From Squalus acanthias (lineage: Eukaryota), in contig CM059433.1 in the NCBI GenBank assembly GCA_030390025.1, positions 186,001 through 250,000 of the forward strand: a DNA stretch of 64,000 nucleotides. The letters are read 5' to 3'. The translations under genes and the position numbers were made by a program. A model generated the notes under the pieces. It saw only the letters and a list, made by a program, of their open reading frames with translations. It did no database searches and was not told where the DNA came from. Shown piece after piece: positions 26,068 to 39,251 of this stretch; position 1 is the stretch's first letter, and the number at the start of each line of letters is the position of its first letter.

Positions 26068-28333
26068 ATAGAAACATAGAAACATAGAAAATAGGAGCAG
26101 GAGTAGGCCATTGGGCGCCTCGAGCCTGCTCCGCCATTCAATGAGATCATGGCTGATCATCCAAATTCAGTACCCTGTCCCTGCTTTCTCCCCATATCCC
26201 TCGATCCCCTTAGCCTTAAGAAATATATCTAACTCCTTCTTGAAGATATTTAATGAATTGGCTTCAACTGCCTTCTGTGGTAGAGAATTCCACAGGTTCA
26301 CCACTCCCTGGGTGAAGAAATTCCTCCTCCTCTCAGTCCTAAATGGCTTACCCCTTATCCTTAGACTGTGACCCTTGGTTCTGGACTCCCCCGCCATCGG
26401 GAACAGCCTTCCTGCATCTAGTCTGTCTAGTCCTGTTAGAAATTTATAAGTTTCAATGAGATCCCCTCTCATGCTTCTAAACTCTAGCGAATATAAGCCT
26501 AATCGACCCAATCTCTCTTCATACGTCATTCCTGCCATCCCAGGTATCAGTCTGGTGAATCTTCGCTGCACTCCCTCCATGGCAAGAGCATCCTTCCTCA
26601 GATAAGGCGACCAAAACTGCACACAATACTCAAGGTGTGGTATCACCAAGGCCCTGTACAACTGCAGCAAGACATCCTTGCTCCTGTACTCGAATCGCTA
26701 TGAAGGCCAACATACCATTTGCCTTCTTAACCGCCTGCTGCACCTGCATGCGTACCTTCAGCGACTGGTGCACAAGGACACCCAGGTCTCGTTACTCTTC
26801 CCCTTTTCCCAATCTATTGCCGTTCAGATAATGTGCCTTCCTGTTTTTGCCACCAAAGTGGATATCCTCGCATTTATCCATGCATCTGCCATGCATCTGC
26901 CCAATCCCCCAACCTGTCCAAATCATACTGGAGTTTCTCTGCAACCTCCTCACAGCACACACGCCCACCCAGCTTTGTGTCGTCTGCAAACTTCGAGATA
27001 TTACATCTAGTTCCCTCGTCTAGATCATTAATATATATTGTGAATAGCTGGGGTCCTAGCACCGATCCCTGCAGTACCCCACTAGTCACTGCCTGCCACT
27101 CGGAAAAAGACCCGTTTATTCCAACTCTTTGCTTTCTGTCTGCCAACCAGTTTTCTATCCAAGTCAGTACCTTACCCCCACCAATCCCATGTGCTTTAAC
27201 TTTGCACGCCAATCTCTTATGCGGGACCTTATCGAAAGCCTTCTGAAAGTCCAAATACACCACATCCACTGGTTCTCCCTTATCTATTCTACCAGTTACA
27301 CCCTGTAGATTAGTCAAGCATGATTTACCTTTTGTAAATCCATGTTGACTTTGTCCGATCCTGTCACTGTTTTCCAAGTGCTCTGCTATTACATCTTTTA
27401 TAATGGACTCTAGCATTTTCCCCACTACCGATGTCAGGCTTACCGGTCTGTAATTCCCCGTTTTCTCTCTACCACCCTTTTTAAATAGTGGGGTTACATT
27501 AGCTACCCTCCAATCCATGAGAACTGTTCCAGAGTCTATAAAATTTTGGAAGATGACCAGCAATGCATCTACTATTTCTAGGGCCACTTCCTTAAGTACA
27601 CTAGGATGTAGATTATCAGGCCCTGGGGATTTATCGGCCTTCAATCCCGTCAATTTCCCTTATACCATTTCCCTACAAATACTGATTTCATCCAGTTCCT
27701 CCCTCTCATTAGACCCTATGTTCCCCGACATCTCTGGGAGGTTATTTGTGTCCTCCTTTGTGAAGACAGAACCAAAGTATGTATTTAATTGGTTTGCCAT
27801 TTCTTTGTTCCCCATTATAAATTCCCCTGATTCTGACTGCAAGGGACCTACGCTTGACTTCACCAATCTTTTTCTCTTCACATATCTATAGAAGCTTTTA
27901 CAGTCAGTTTTTATGTTCCTCGCCAGCTTACTCTCATACTCTATTTTCCCCCTCTTAATTAATCCCTTTGTCCTCCTTTGCTGAATCCTAAACTGCTCCC
28001 AGTCCTCAGGTTTGCTGCTTTTTCTGGCCAATTTATATGTCCTCTCCTTGGATCTTATGCTATCCCTAATTTCCCTTGTTAGCCATGGTTGAGTCACCTT
28101 TTTTGTTTTATTTTTATGCCAAACAGGGATGAACAAATTATGTAGTTCATCCATGCGATCTTTAAATGTTTGCCATTGCCTATCCACCATCAACCCTTTA
28201 AGTAACGTTCCCCAGTCCATCCTAGCCAATTCGCGCCTCATACCATCGTAGTTTCCTTTATTTAAATTCAGGACCCTAGTCTCTGAGTCAACTACTTCAC
28301 TCTCCATCTTAATGAAGAATTCTATCATATTAT
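26068..28333 (-). mobile_element. 5'-truncated CR1 LINE (CR1a)
   Basis: (CATAGAAA)n tail at 26068. Frameshifted ORF2 with DFQKAFDKV and KFADD. Its 5' end abuts the env 3' half at 28334. Confidence 0.93.
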
Positions 28334-29187
28334 GATAGTAGTGAGGATGCCGGTCATGGGTGGGACAGCCCGACCCGCACCGGTATACAGGGTGGAGAAC
28401 ATTGAGATCATTCAAGGGGGTGCACACGTCCATTTCGCAGCAGTCCCACCTTATGTCATAAAGTGGGAGCACGCTATGACAGGTACTGACCTCTCCGGGT
28501 GCCGGAGCCGAGGTGCACACATAATATTGTGTCCCCAGCACTTGAATGCCTATTCTAGACCACAGTGCAGCTTTAAAGCTGCTGGCGCACGGCCTATCAA
28601 CTGTACCATGGAGGTAATGGCACAAGGCCATGTTCCCCCACAGGCAGCATTCATAGGAGGTGGGACATATTGACACAAGCCCCACCAGCATGGACAGCAC
28701 ATTTGGTGTCCGGTGAGTGACAGCAGTTTTTGCTTTAAACCCGAGGCAGAAGTTCAAGTGGCCCAGGAACGGATTGTCCCCATTCCTGAACCCTCCACTG
28801 TTCACCTCACTGTCAGGGAAAACATCACCAACCTGCAAAACGATGTCACATTCTTCAGCTATAAGATTCCCCCTCTACCCTGAACATCTTACCGCCCTAC
28901 TCAAAGCAGTAGAAGTATCACAAAAACATTTCTACACTCTGGAACAAAAGACAGTCGAGATAGGGGCCGAGATTTCGGGCATCAAAATTCCACCCTGGTG
29001 GGATATTTTCGAAAATACAGAGGTCCCTTCCTGGATCAGAATGGCTTCCCACATTTTAGTGGTCTGCCAGCTTGGTATAGTTTTCTACTTACTGTGCACA
29101 AAATGCAAGGGAAAGGACAGAGTGCTCCGATCCCGACATGAGAAAGCATGGGACCAGCATTACAATAAAGCCTATGGCCAGGTTTAG
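28334..29187 (+). pseudogene. env: env C-terminal half of provirus A (frameshifted)
   Basis: IVVRMPV...TGTDLSGC...LCPQHL and FYTLEQKTVEIG...PPWW...SHILVVCQ align with the provirus B Env C-terminal half. Confidence 0.92.
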
Positions 29188-29470
29188 GGCAAGCCTTAGC
29201 TGTTTTATTAAAATATATAAAGTTTTTGTGACCGTGTATTATTTTTTACTATGTATGTACTGTGTTTTTCCAAGTGGTGCAGGGGTGCTGGACCCCCTCC
29301 GTGCTTGGATGTGAAAGTAACTGAATTCTTACCTGTGTCTGCATCTGAACACTACACCTAAAGGGAAATGTGTGTTTTGGGTCTTAGATAGGTAAACTAC
29401 AGGGGAAGGTTGGCTCTCGGAGATCAGGAATTTTGCTCACCCAGTATGATACTCTAGCGAGTAAAGTATC

Positions 29471-29480
29471 AGAGGGGGGA
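29471..29480 (+). other. Polypurine tract of provirus A
   Basis: AGAGGGGGGA, followed by C and then the TGTAAG LTR start. Confidence 0.85.
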
Positions 29481-29481
29481 C

Positions 29482-30948
29482 TGTAAGATTCTCAAAATTC
29501 ACAGATCCCCTAACACTAAGAAAAACCCTAAGGAAAAAGACTTTGGACTCTTTTCTAGCTATTACAGGGTGGTGAAGTGCATTGGGCCTAACCGAAGGAC
29601 ATTTTGAGCAAAAACCAAGATTTGGTATTTTTAAAACATGTCTGGGCTTGTAAGGGAGAAAAGGCTGTGAAGGAAGGTGAGATCAACCTCTGTAAAAACA
29701 GTTTGGGTATTGGAGCTAATGGAAACTGTCTGGGGAACCACATGATCTCGCTGGGAGTTTAAATCGGCCCCTATCAGACATTAGCATCCTAACAATAAAC
29801 CCGAGGAAAACCAGTCTCCACCCCAAGTTACAGAGCCCATTAAGACATGCATAAAACAGATTACTTCGGCCTACTCTATAGAAATCCTAGGCCCAGCCAA
29901 GAAAAACCCAAAACATAAGAATAAACAAACTCCGATTAAGTGGTAAATCGACAGGATGGGGCAATCCCGGAACCACTTCACACCTTAACAAACCAGTTAC
30001 CGTTATCGAGTCCGCCAAAATCTAACAAAGACCAAGACCTGATTTGGCGCGCAGATAAGGGAGCTTCAATGGGTATAATTGAAGGCCCGTTCTCAACCTG
30101 AAAAAGAAGAAGAGGAAGGAAGAACAAGAAGACATCGACGGAGGCATTCTCCGCAACACAGTTCTGCAACACCACCGTTCAGCATTCCGTGTCCAGCCCG
30201 GAGGTCGACAGCTCGAAGGCCAGACCATCCAACAAAGTAGGCTGACACGAGAAGAAACCAGAACGACCGCCTCAGTGACCATCGGACACCTCGCGGCAAC
30301 AAGGCCCTCACGAAACAACCAACCGTACACCAAGTACCAATATTTGGGCCACCGCGACCAATGAAAACCAACTCGAAGAAAAACCGAAGATCCGCAAAGT
30401 TTCCACTCTACAATCTACTCCTGACTTACCCCTGGGTAAGAATTTCCCTTAAAAAAACTCTAAACCCTACTTCTAACCAAAGAAAAGTGGTACTCACCTG
30501 ATAAATCCAATACGCACCCTACCGCATCAGCGGACTCGCGAAGACTGACCAGATACGCAGTTGAAGTCCTCTACCGCGTACGGGGTACGGCAGACACCAA
30601 CCGACATATAGAGTGAACCCCAAAACCGCGAACTAACCTAACTGTCAAGGATTCTGGTGAGTATCATCCCTGATCCTCTGGAGTCCAACCTAGCTTGCGA
30701 AGTGAGATTGGGAGGGGTGAAGTATTCCTCTAATGTTATTTCCCTCGCTTGTACTGAAGTGTTCCCCACTTTTAGAGTGTTAAGAGTGTTTGTGTTGTGT
30801 TTTACTTTCTTCAATAAAGATCAAAGTTCTTGCATCAAAACCAGTTGTCTGCTGCACTTTTTGTCACAACCCCCAAATAAGTCCAAGGTCTAGAACGAAG
30901 GGAGTGGGAACGATTCGAACTGCTCAGAAGTCAGAGGTGAAGCTGACC
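29482..30948 (+). repeat. LTR of provirus A, with the U5 terminus and PBS start apparently deleted
   Basis: Starts TGTAAG. TATAATT at 30074, AATAAA at 30813. The 3' part matches solo LTR 51716-53185 up to GCTGACC, with no terminal ACA or TGG PBS after it. Confidence 0.8.
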
Positions 30949-31000
30949 TTGGCAAAAGGGATGTGATGCAGTGGACACTGTTTTTGAGGAGAGAACCAAG

Positions 31001-32739
31001 ATGGAAGAGAGGATTTCCTCTTATGTGTTCGAGAAAGTGAACATAACCAAGAAATGGGTACTCAGTCTGTTGCGTGCTGAGCGTCCAATAGACACTGCAG
31101 CTAAATGGACTGAGAGCAAAGACCACAAGAAATCTGTGGAGAAAGCCATCTGGTTGATCTGCTCCCAGCGACAGATCCAGCTGTTAGACAAACATGTTGA
31201 GGGACTTAAGGCAGAGCTGCAGGAGTCTGCTCAGCTGTCTCAAGCAAGGGCCCTAGCAGGGGAAACATTACTGAATGAACTAACCACCCGAAATCAGGAA
31301 AAAATGCAGTTAGTGGAAACACATAGGAACAGGCAGGAATATTTTCAGTGTCAGGTCACCGAAGCTAAAACCAGTGAGCTGGTGTTACGGGAAGAGAACG
31401 CCCGCTTGGCCAAACAAGTAAGAGAGCAGGAGGAGAGGTTGAGAGACGTCCAGGCAGCTTACAAGATAGCAAGAACTAGGGTGTATGAGGCGGGAGATCA
31501 CGGCCCCTGCCAGAAACAAATAGAGAATTTGAACCTTGCTCTGTCCAGGGCGAAAGGCATGGTATGCCTACTAAGCCCGGGTGCGGCCCGGGTGGATCTG
31601 GAGGGGCAGGGGGAAACTGTTCGGACGCCACCTGTGGCGCCTTGGGAACGACCCGGTTGGGCAGCAGGAGGGACGGGCGATTTGTGAGGCTGGCAGGGAG
31701 AGCACACCACCACCACCTGTGGCGCCGGGTTTTAACTCGGTTTGGCAGCAGGGAGGGGAGGGCGAACCAATGCAGGAAAGGTCGGAGCCGGGGCCGATGT
31801 GCCCGGTCCGGCAGCAAAAGTTCGGCCCGCCCGGCGGTGGTGGGGGTCAAGGACCCCTTGAAAGCCAATTCGTGGCTCCCCACGGCACCCAACAGCTTAG
31901 GGCTATGATAAGCCACCTGGGCAAGCTCACCCCTCGGTCCACTTCATGGAAGTGGAACAGCCAGCGGGCATCAACGATTGTGATGATGCCGAGATGGCAA
32001 AGATGCTCCTGTTCTTCCAAATAGCAAAATCTACCAGTCCCTCTCCGCAGAGAGTAAAAGAGGGCAGGGTGGATACGCCGCTATCCGAGAGGGAGTTCTG
32101 GAGGCCATGGGAATGAATGATGGTAGTCCCTTCTCCCGGGTGGAGAAGACAACCCAGCTAGTAGGGGAGACCCCACAGGCTTTCGCAGACCGACTGTGGC
32201 CTGTGTACAGGAGTGCCTGTAATGGAGTTCTCGACCAGGCTCACCTGAATCAGGATGAGCTGGCCCACTGGCTCCGAAGCCTAGTGGCAAACAGCTTGCC
32301 ACGGATCAGGGCCAAGGCTGAGCTGTGGTTTGACCCGAAAGACCCCCAGGTCACCGAGGAGACAGTGGTCAGACAACTGACCCTGGCTTACCGGAACGGT
32401 AGAGGGACAGAAGAGCACCCACCTAAGGGAAAGGTACATGAAATAAGGCCTAGCAAAAAGAAAGAGTGGCACCAGGAAGGGGGTAACCTTTCCGACACGA
32501 AGCGTAACTGCTTCGGGTGCGGGAAGAGTTGGCATTGGAGAAAAGACTGCAGGAATCCGTGGAAGGATAACATAGGGAAGAACTCTCCAGCTCCTGCCCC
32601 GAGCACCGAAGCACCGACCTCTCCCCCCACGTTAGACTCGGTCATGGCTGCGATCCGAGCTCTAGTAAACGGCCCGGGGAAAGTAGCCACCGCCACTGGT
32701 GCTTTAACCCCATCTGCCCCCCCTAACGCAGACTTATGA
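31001..32739 (+). pseudogene. gag: gag of provirus A (stop codon and frameshifts)
   Basis: MEERISSYVFEKVNITKKW aligns to B MQEKIADYVFGKVNLTKKW. Zinc knuckle CFGCGKSWHWRKDC. Confidence 0.9.
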
Positions 32740-35700
32740 CTCGAGCCAACGCAGCCTGTCTACCTGTGTCCCCTGGAGTACGACGCATGGAAGAGAACAC
32801 TCGTTAGGATGGAGGTGGAGAAGGTGAAAGGGACTTATCTGTTAGATACTGGAGCTTCCAGCACCATAGTCTATTCAGCCAACCCCGCCGCCTCACCTCT
32901 GTCTAACGGGGTCCCGTACAGCTTAGTGGGGTTTACAGGTAACAAGCAGGCTGGCTCATTCTCCATCCCGCTGTCCATTCATTTAGGAGCACTCCACACC
33001 AAGTGGACCTGTGTCCTGATGAAATGGGAGCGGGAAGGGACGGGGATCCTGGGGGCCGACTTTATCACAGGCCACAGGATTCTAGTGGATCTTAGGAACT
33101 ACTGTCTGTGGGGAGCACGTACTGGCAGAGAAAGTGAAGTGGCAGTCATCCCAGGGAAACAGGGCAAGAGGACCTTGTGCACCCTGAAACCAAAGGAAGG
33201 TTATGACCTCGAACAAATGGTCAGCAACACTCCGATGGCATACCAGGCATTTGTGCGAGCACATCTCGCAGCATTTGCCACTCACAAGCACGATTGTGGG
33301 AGGGTAAACGGGGTCGAGGTTAGTGTCAGCGGGGATCCCATGACCCGACCACAGAAGCAATACAATTTCCCCAGGGAGGCGGAAGCAGACATGGAAAAGG
33401 CCATGGCTTCTTCAGTAACACAGGGGGTATTGAGACCGATAGCCACCCACGTAAACTCTCCACTGTGGCCGGTTAGAAAACCGGACAACTCCTGGAGGGC
33501 CACAGTGGACTATCGGGTACTCAACCGTAACATCCCCGCCTGTGCACCCACGGTAGCAGCCATCTCCGACCTCATCGGAAGTATCCCAGCATCTGCGACC
33601 ACTTTCACAGTGCTGGACATTTCCAACGGGTTTTGGTCCATCCCTTTACGAAGAGAGGACCAGTACAAGTTCGCCTTCACTTTTAAAGGCCAACAGTACA
33701 CCTGGAACTGCCTACCTCAGGGCTTCCACAACAGCCCTAGCATTTTTCACCAATGCATGGCGAATTGTTTGAAGAGCTTCAGCCGGCCCCGGCAGTTGGT
33801 ACAGTATGTGGATGACCTACTCCTGTTCACCGATGAGGGAGAGGAACACGGTCCACTACTGGCTGAACTGCTGGAGCTGCTCCGGCAGGAAGGCTTCAAA
33901 GTGAACCCAAAGAAGGTACAGATCGGCCAACAGGAAGTAAAATTCCTCGGACTAACTGTGTGCGCTGGGAAAAGGGCCATCGACAAAGCTAGGAGGGAAG
34001 CAGTGCAGGAGTTACCAGCCCCCAACACAGTCACAGGAGTGAGATCCTTTCTAGGGCTAACCGGGTACTGCAGAGATTTCACTGAGGATTACGCAGCCAC
34101 CACAGCCCCTCTGCTCCGACTCCAACACAAGGGTGTAGAGTGGGCCTGGGACGAGGGTTGCGAGGCAGCATTTCTCAAGTTAAAGAAAGATCTGCAGACC
34201 GCGCCGGCTCTAGGAGCCATTGATGGGGAGAGGGAGTTTTTCCTGGAGGTGGCAGCCAGTGGGGACAGTCTCAGTGCCGTGCTGCTCCAAGAGAGGCACG
34301 ACCGGCTGAGACCAGTGGTTTACTCCTCCAGGATACTCACCGATGTGGAGAAGGGCTATTCCAACAGTGAGAGGCACCTCCTCGCCACTCACTGCGCTGT
34401 GAAAAGATCATTGATCTTCACAGGAACATCTCCCATCACTCTGCTCACCCATCACACGCCCACCCAGATGCTCCTAGATGGGAGAATCAAAGATGGGACA
34501 GTGAGCAGTGCCCGTATTGCTCGCTGGACCCTGCTTCTCTCACAGATGGACCTAAGGGTGAAAGGTCTCTGCGAGCTGAAGCTCGCAGCCAACATGATCT
34601 ACCCAGGGACTGCCCACCGGTGTTCCATTGAAGGGGTATGGGAAGTCAACATAGGTTTTCGGGCCGGGATACACCCCACAGGCCGCGAAATCTATGTGGA
34701 CGGTTCGAGCACAGTATCTGCTGGCGAGCGACTCACCGGGTGTGGAGTTTATGACCAGGAGGCAGGCATTGCCCTGGCAATTAAACTCCCCAGCACCATG
34801 AGCGCCCAGCAGGCTGAACTGTCTGCGGTAGTGTACGTGGTTACACACCCCGAGAAGCTCCCTACCCCATACACGATTTGCTCGGACAGCATGTTCACAT
34901 GCAATTCGTGTACGGAGTACCTGGCCATCTGGTCCCGTCACGGCTATACCTCCGCTGATGGGAGACCCCTCACCATAAAGCCCCTGTTGGAGAAAATCAT
35001 GGCGGCCGTGGGGGAGGAAGGGAAGGTCTATATCCATAAGGTCAAGGCCCATTGAAAGACAGAGCCCAGGTGGGAGAGTAACTGTAAGGCAGATGAGCTG
35101 GCCAAACAGGGGGCCAGGGAAGGGGTATTCTGGGATCTGTACCAAACAGGTCCAGTAGCCGCAATCCGGAGCAAGGGAGGCACCCAGGGGGTAGCCTTGG
35201 CCCCGGACTTAAAGCAGGCCCAAGCCCAGGATACCGTCCTCAAGGCCGTCCTGAACGCCCTGGAAAAAGGGGAAAAGATAGAGGGCCCGTACGGCACAGC
35301 AGCCATCACCATTAAGGAAGGCATGCTGTTCAGGGGGGAGCAGTGGGTGGTGCCGCAGCAGCACCGAAGGGAATTCCTCCAACTGGCCCATGAGGGTCCA
35401 GGAGCGGGACATCCCGGACCTGAGACCACCTGGCAACGGGTGGAACAGACAGGATGGTGGCCAGGACTCAGGGAAGAGGTCCGCGAGTTTTGTGCCGGCT
35501 GTTTGGTGTGTGCTGCTAACAACCCAGACCCCCAGAAAAGGAAGGTATCTATGGGACACATCAGGAGGGTAGAGGGACCATGGCAGTCGATCCAGGTCGA
35601 TTACATTGGGCCCCTACCCACCGCCCAGGGAGGCTTTAAGTACTGCCTAGTCCTGGTGGATGTGTTCTCGAAGTGGGTGGAAGCGTTCCCATGCCGTACT

Positions 35701-36940
35701 GCTACTGCATTGGGTACGGCTAGGATCCTGGTCAGGGAAGTGTTCTCACGATGGGGCCTACCGCAGTATGTGGAGTCCGACCAGGGGAGTCATTTTACCG
35801 GGCAGGTCATGCAAGAGACCCTCAGGGTACTCGGCATTGAAGGGAAATGGCACGTCGCCCACAACCCGCAGTCATCGGGTCCTGTGGAGCGTTTAAACCG
35901 TACCATTAAGGAAAGGCTACGGAAGGAAACGGGAGACTCACCCAAGAAGTGGGTAGAAGTCTTACCGTTGGTCCTAATGGGGATCCGAGCCAGCCAGTCA
36001 AAAAGCACGGGGTATTCCCCACACCAGCTCATGACTGGTAGGATTATGTGGATCCCCACCCATGTGCTAGACCCGGTGCTCACAGAGGGTCAAGCTCAGT
36101 GAGGTCAACCGGGACAGCTTTGTCAGGAATCTGTTTGAACACCTTAAACAGGTTCACTGGCAGGCTGCTAGCAACATGGGAAAACAGCATCGGAGTATCC
36201 GACTGCTGCTAGAACCCCGCAAGCACCACGAGTGGGAGATAGAGGATCAGGTCATGGTTAGGAATTTTGCCCGGGTAGGGAGTTTCGAACCACTGTACAT
36301 GGGGCCGTACAGCATTGTCGACAAGGCAAGCCCCATGGTCTACGTCATAAAGATGCCCCGCCGCACCAAGTGGTTCCACATTAACCAGTGTAAGCTGTTT
36401 AAATCCAAAGGGGAACAGCCAGCAAGGGCAAACCGCCCTAAAGTTAGAGAGCCTCAGCCAACAGCTGTGGCAGACTCACAGACCGCACCGGTAGGGGCAG
36501 TGGCTTGTGTCACCGGAGGGGCTACCCCACCAATTATGTGGGACTCGGACGCACCCCCGGTAGCCAGAGTCCTGAGAAGGTCTCCTCGCACACCACAGCC
36601 AAAACTACCGTGGTCACCAGAGTTTCAATGGTTCAGCCCAGCAAGGGCCACAACCCGAAAGAGAATACCCAAAGTCAGTGGTCATTCTAAGAAGAGGGAT
36701 CCCCAGCCTGCGGCCTCAGGCTGCGGGGAACCCAAAGGACAGGACAGGGACTCAGCAGCCACACCAAAGGGGGTAGTGTGCTGTAGCACAGGAGGGGACA
36801 CTCACCGGATTATCAGGGATTCAGGGAAACCCTCAGCCGTTTTAAGAAGGACTCTCCGGGTCCTGCGGTACAGGCCACCTTACGCCCAGGCGTACAGGCT
36901 GCTCAGAGGCTGCCCAAGGCAGAGGCCATACAGGAATTAG
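32740..36940 (+). pseudogene. pol: pro-pol of provirus A (PR-RT-tether-RNase H-IN), with a premature stop at 35053 and a disruption near 36100
   Basis: LLDTGA, LPQG, YVDD, IYVDGS, HHCC, DYIGP, SDQGSHF, VERLN and GPY motifs. Confidence 0.93.
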
Positions 36941-37142
36941 CCTGGCCGTCCGGAGACGGGCGGCAGATGTACAGAGTTTTTAGGTATTTTAGGTGTGTTT
37001 TACAGTTTTTGGTAGTTTTAGTTTTAGTGAATTATTTTTACTTAAGTAAGTACATTTTCGAGACTCGGTCACCTGTCAGGCCAGAGAACCTTCTCGGGAC
37101 ATGGCTATCTGTTTTGTGTGTCCCTACAGAGAGGAAATCGGC

Positions 37143-38617
37143 TTGACAAGGGTTCTGCTCCTGCTCGCCCTGGTAGGGGTGAGCATCGGTGACCGAGGTG
37201 ACGTGGAGGACTCCCACATTTATGGGTGCTCAGGAGAGAGAGCGCCGATCGTTACCGCTGGGGGTGGCAAACCGGGTGTGGAGGAGCTCGCTATTTACTT
37301 CCATGAGGGAAGCTGGCCAGGGTGGCTGGGGTCTAACTCCACAAAATACTCCAGCCAGACCGGATTCACCTACGGGGAGGCCTCCATCCCGTGCCCCAGG
37401 GTACAGGTCGTTGCTACAAGGGTCAGCGTCACTGAGGGGAAACGTGTGTGTCTCACCTGCAAGGCACGGATTCCCCTGGATAGGTGGTGGTGGCTCAGGA
37501 AGCTGAGCAGGGACATAGGGGACCGTACAGCTGACTGGGAACGACTGGGGAACGACACCTACCGGACGATCACAGGGACCCAAGGGGGTATGAGTGTGTG
37601 TTGGGATAAGTGGTGGGAGTCGGAACAGGGAATCTATGTCTGTATGTGGGGATCAGAGAAGGCCTGCCCCACAGGCATATCCATCATCTTCTCCAGACAA
37701 TGGCAAGGCACCGGGGAAGGGGATGGGGTGGGACTCTAGCCTGCATGCGTGCGCGCTCCCACACTCCCCGATCCCAGTCAACGCCACCGAACTAGTAGCA
37801 CGACCCCGAAAGCCCCTGCCCACGACCCCAACATCACGGACAGTAATGGAGAGGTGTCCTACCACCACCAAGGGACCAGAGAATGGGCTAGTGCTAGTGC
37901 CGACCGAAAAGGTACTCTACCAGGGGGTACACTAGGCAGTAGCTTCAGTTATCTCAAATCTTACCGAGGTATACTTACCTGAATGGTGTCCTAAGGAGAC
38001 AGAACAGCTATACCAGGCCCTGCTGAAAGAAATGTCTAGGAAATTCTACGAATTTGACTTTGCCAACATAGACAAAGCAGAGCTGTACAAACTACACGCA
38101 GAGCACACTATGGGCGCAGGGAGACAAAGAAGGGGGACCTGGAACAATATTTTCACTACCTACAATACAGGATCCTCTGTAATAAATAGCCTGGACGATA
38201 TAGAACTACAAACACAGATAAATGGTCTAAAAACCCAACTACGAAAGATACTAACGGAAGAAAACAAAGCGGTAGGCTCAGAGCTACACGAGGACCAAGC
38301 TATGATGGTCCATTTAAAGGAGATCATTGCTGAGCTAGAGAGACACGCTAAAACAGTAAATGCACTCATACGGGAGGATAGGAATGCTTTGGATCAGGCT
38401 GCACAGAATGAGGTGTGTGTGCTATACGGGGCATGGTTGCTGGGCGAGGGCTGCAGCAACCTGGAGGATTTAAAACAAGGTTTAGTCCCCTCCTGGATTA
38501 GCAACAAACACCTCGCAGCCCTCCACCCGTTCAGCAATTCACTGAGCCCGTGTCAGCTCCGCCTAGCCTCTGAAGCCTACCCAGTCCCAGTAGATTGTGG
38601 GCGTTCCATAGGGATAG
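37143..38617 (+). pseudogene. env: env N-terminal half of provirus A
   Basis: Signal-like LTRVLLLLALVGVSIG (TTG where B has ATG), VCLTC...WWW...GIYVC, and RQRR furin site at 38122-38133. In-frame stops at 37737 and 37933. Confidence 0.9.
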
Positions 38618-39251
38618 AAACATAGAAACATAGAAGATAGGAGCAGGAGTAGGCCATTCGGCCCTCGTGCCTGCTCCGCCATTTAATGAGATCATGGCTG
38701 ATCATCCAAATTCAGTACCCTGTCCCTGCTTTCTCCCCATATCCCTTGATCCCTTTAGCCTTAAGAAATATATCTAACTCCTTCTTGAATATATTTAATG
38801 AATTGGCCTCAACTGCCTTCTGTGGTAGAGAATTCCATAGGTTCACCACTCTCTGGGTGAAGAAATTCCTCCTCATCTCAGTCCTAAATGGCTTACCCCT
38901 TATCCTTAGACTGTGACCCCTGGTTCTGGACTCCCCCGCCATCGGGAACATCCTTCCTGCATCTAGTCTGTCTAGTCCTGTTAGAATTTTATAAGTTTCA
39001 ATGAGATCCCCTCTCATTCTTCTAAACTCTAGCGAAGACAAGCCCAATCGTCCCAATCTCTCTTCATACGTCATTCCTGCCATCCCAGGTATCAGTCTGG
39101 TGAATCTTCGCTGCACTCCCTCCATGGCAAGAACATCCTTCCTCAGATAAGGTGACCAAAACTGCACACAATACTCAAGGTGTGGTCTCACCAAGGCCCT
39201 GTACAACTGCAGCAAGACATCCTTGCCCCTGTACTCGAATCCTCTCGCTAT

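Larger units (their letters stand above)
28334..38617 (+). mobile_element. Provirus A: degraded, circularly permuted, single-LTR lokiretrovirus-like element
   Basis: Order is env 3' half, PPT, LTR, gag, pol, env 5' half. Proteins are colinear with provirus B. GATAG is present at both ends (28334-28338, 38613-38617). Confidence 0.9.

Noticed and set aside
27660..28838. 392-aa minus-strand ORF
   Set aside because: Chance chimera of antisense env sequence running into CR1 ORF2 across the 28333/28334 junction.
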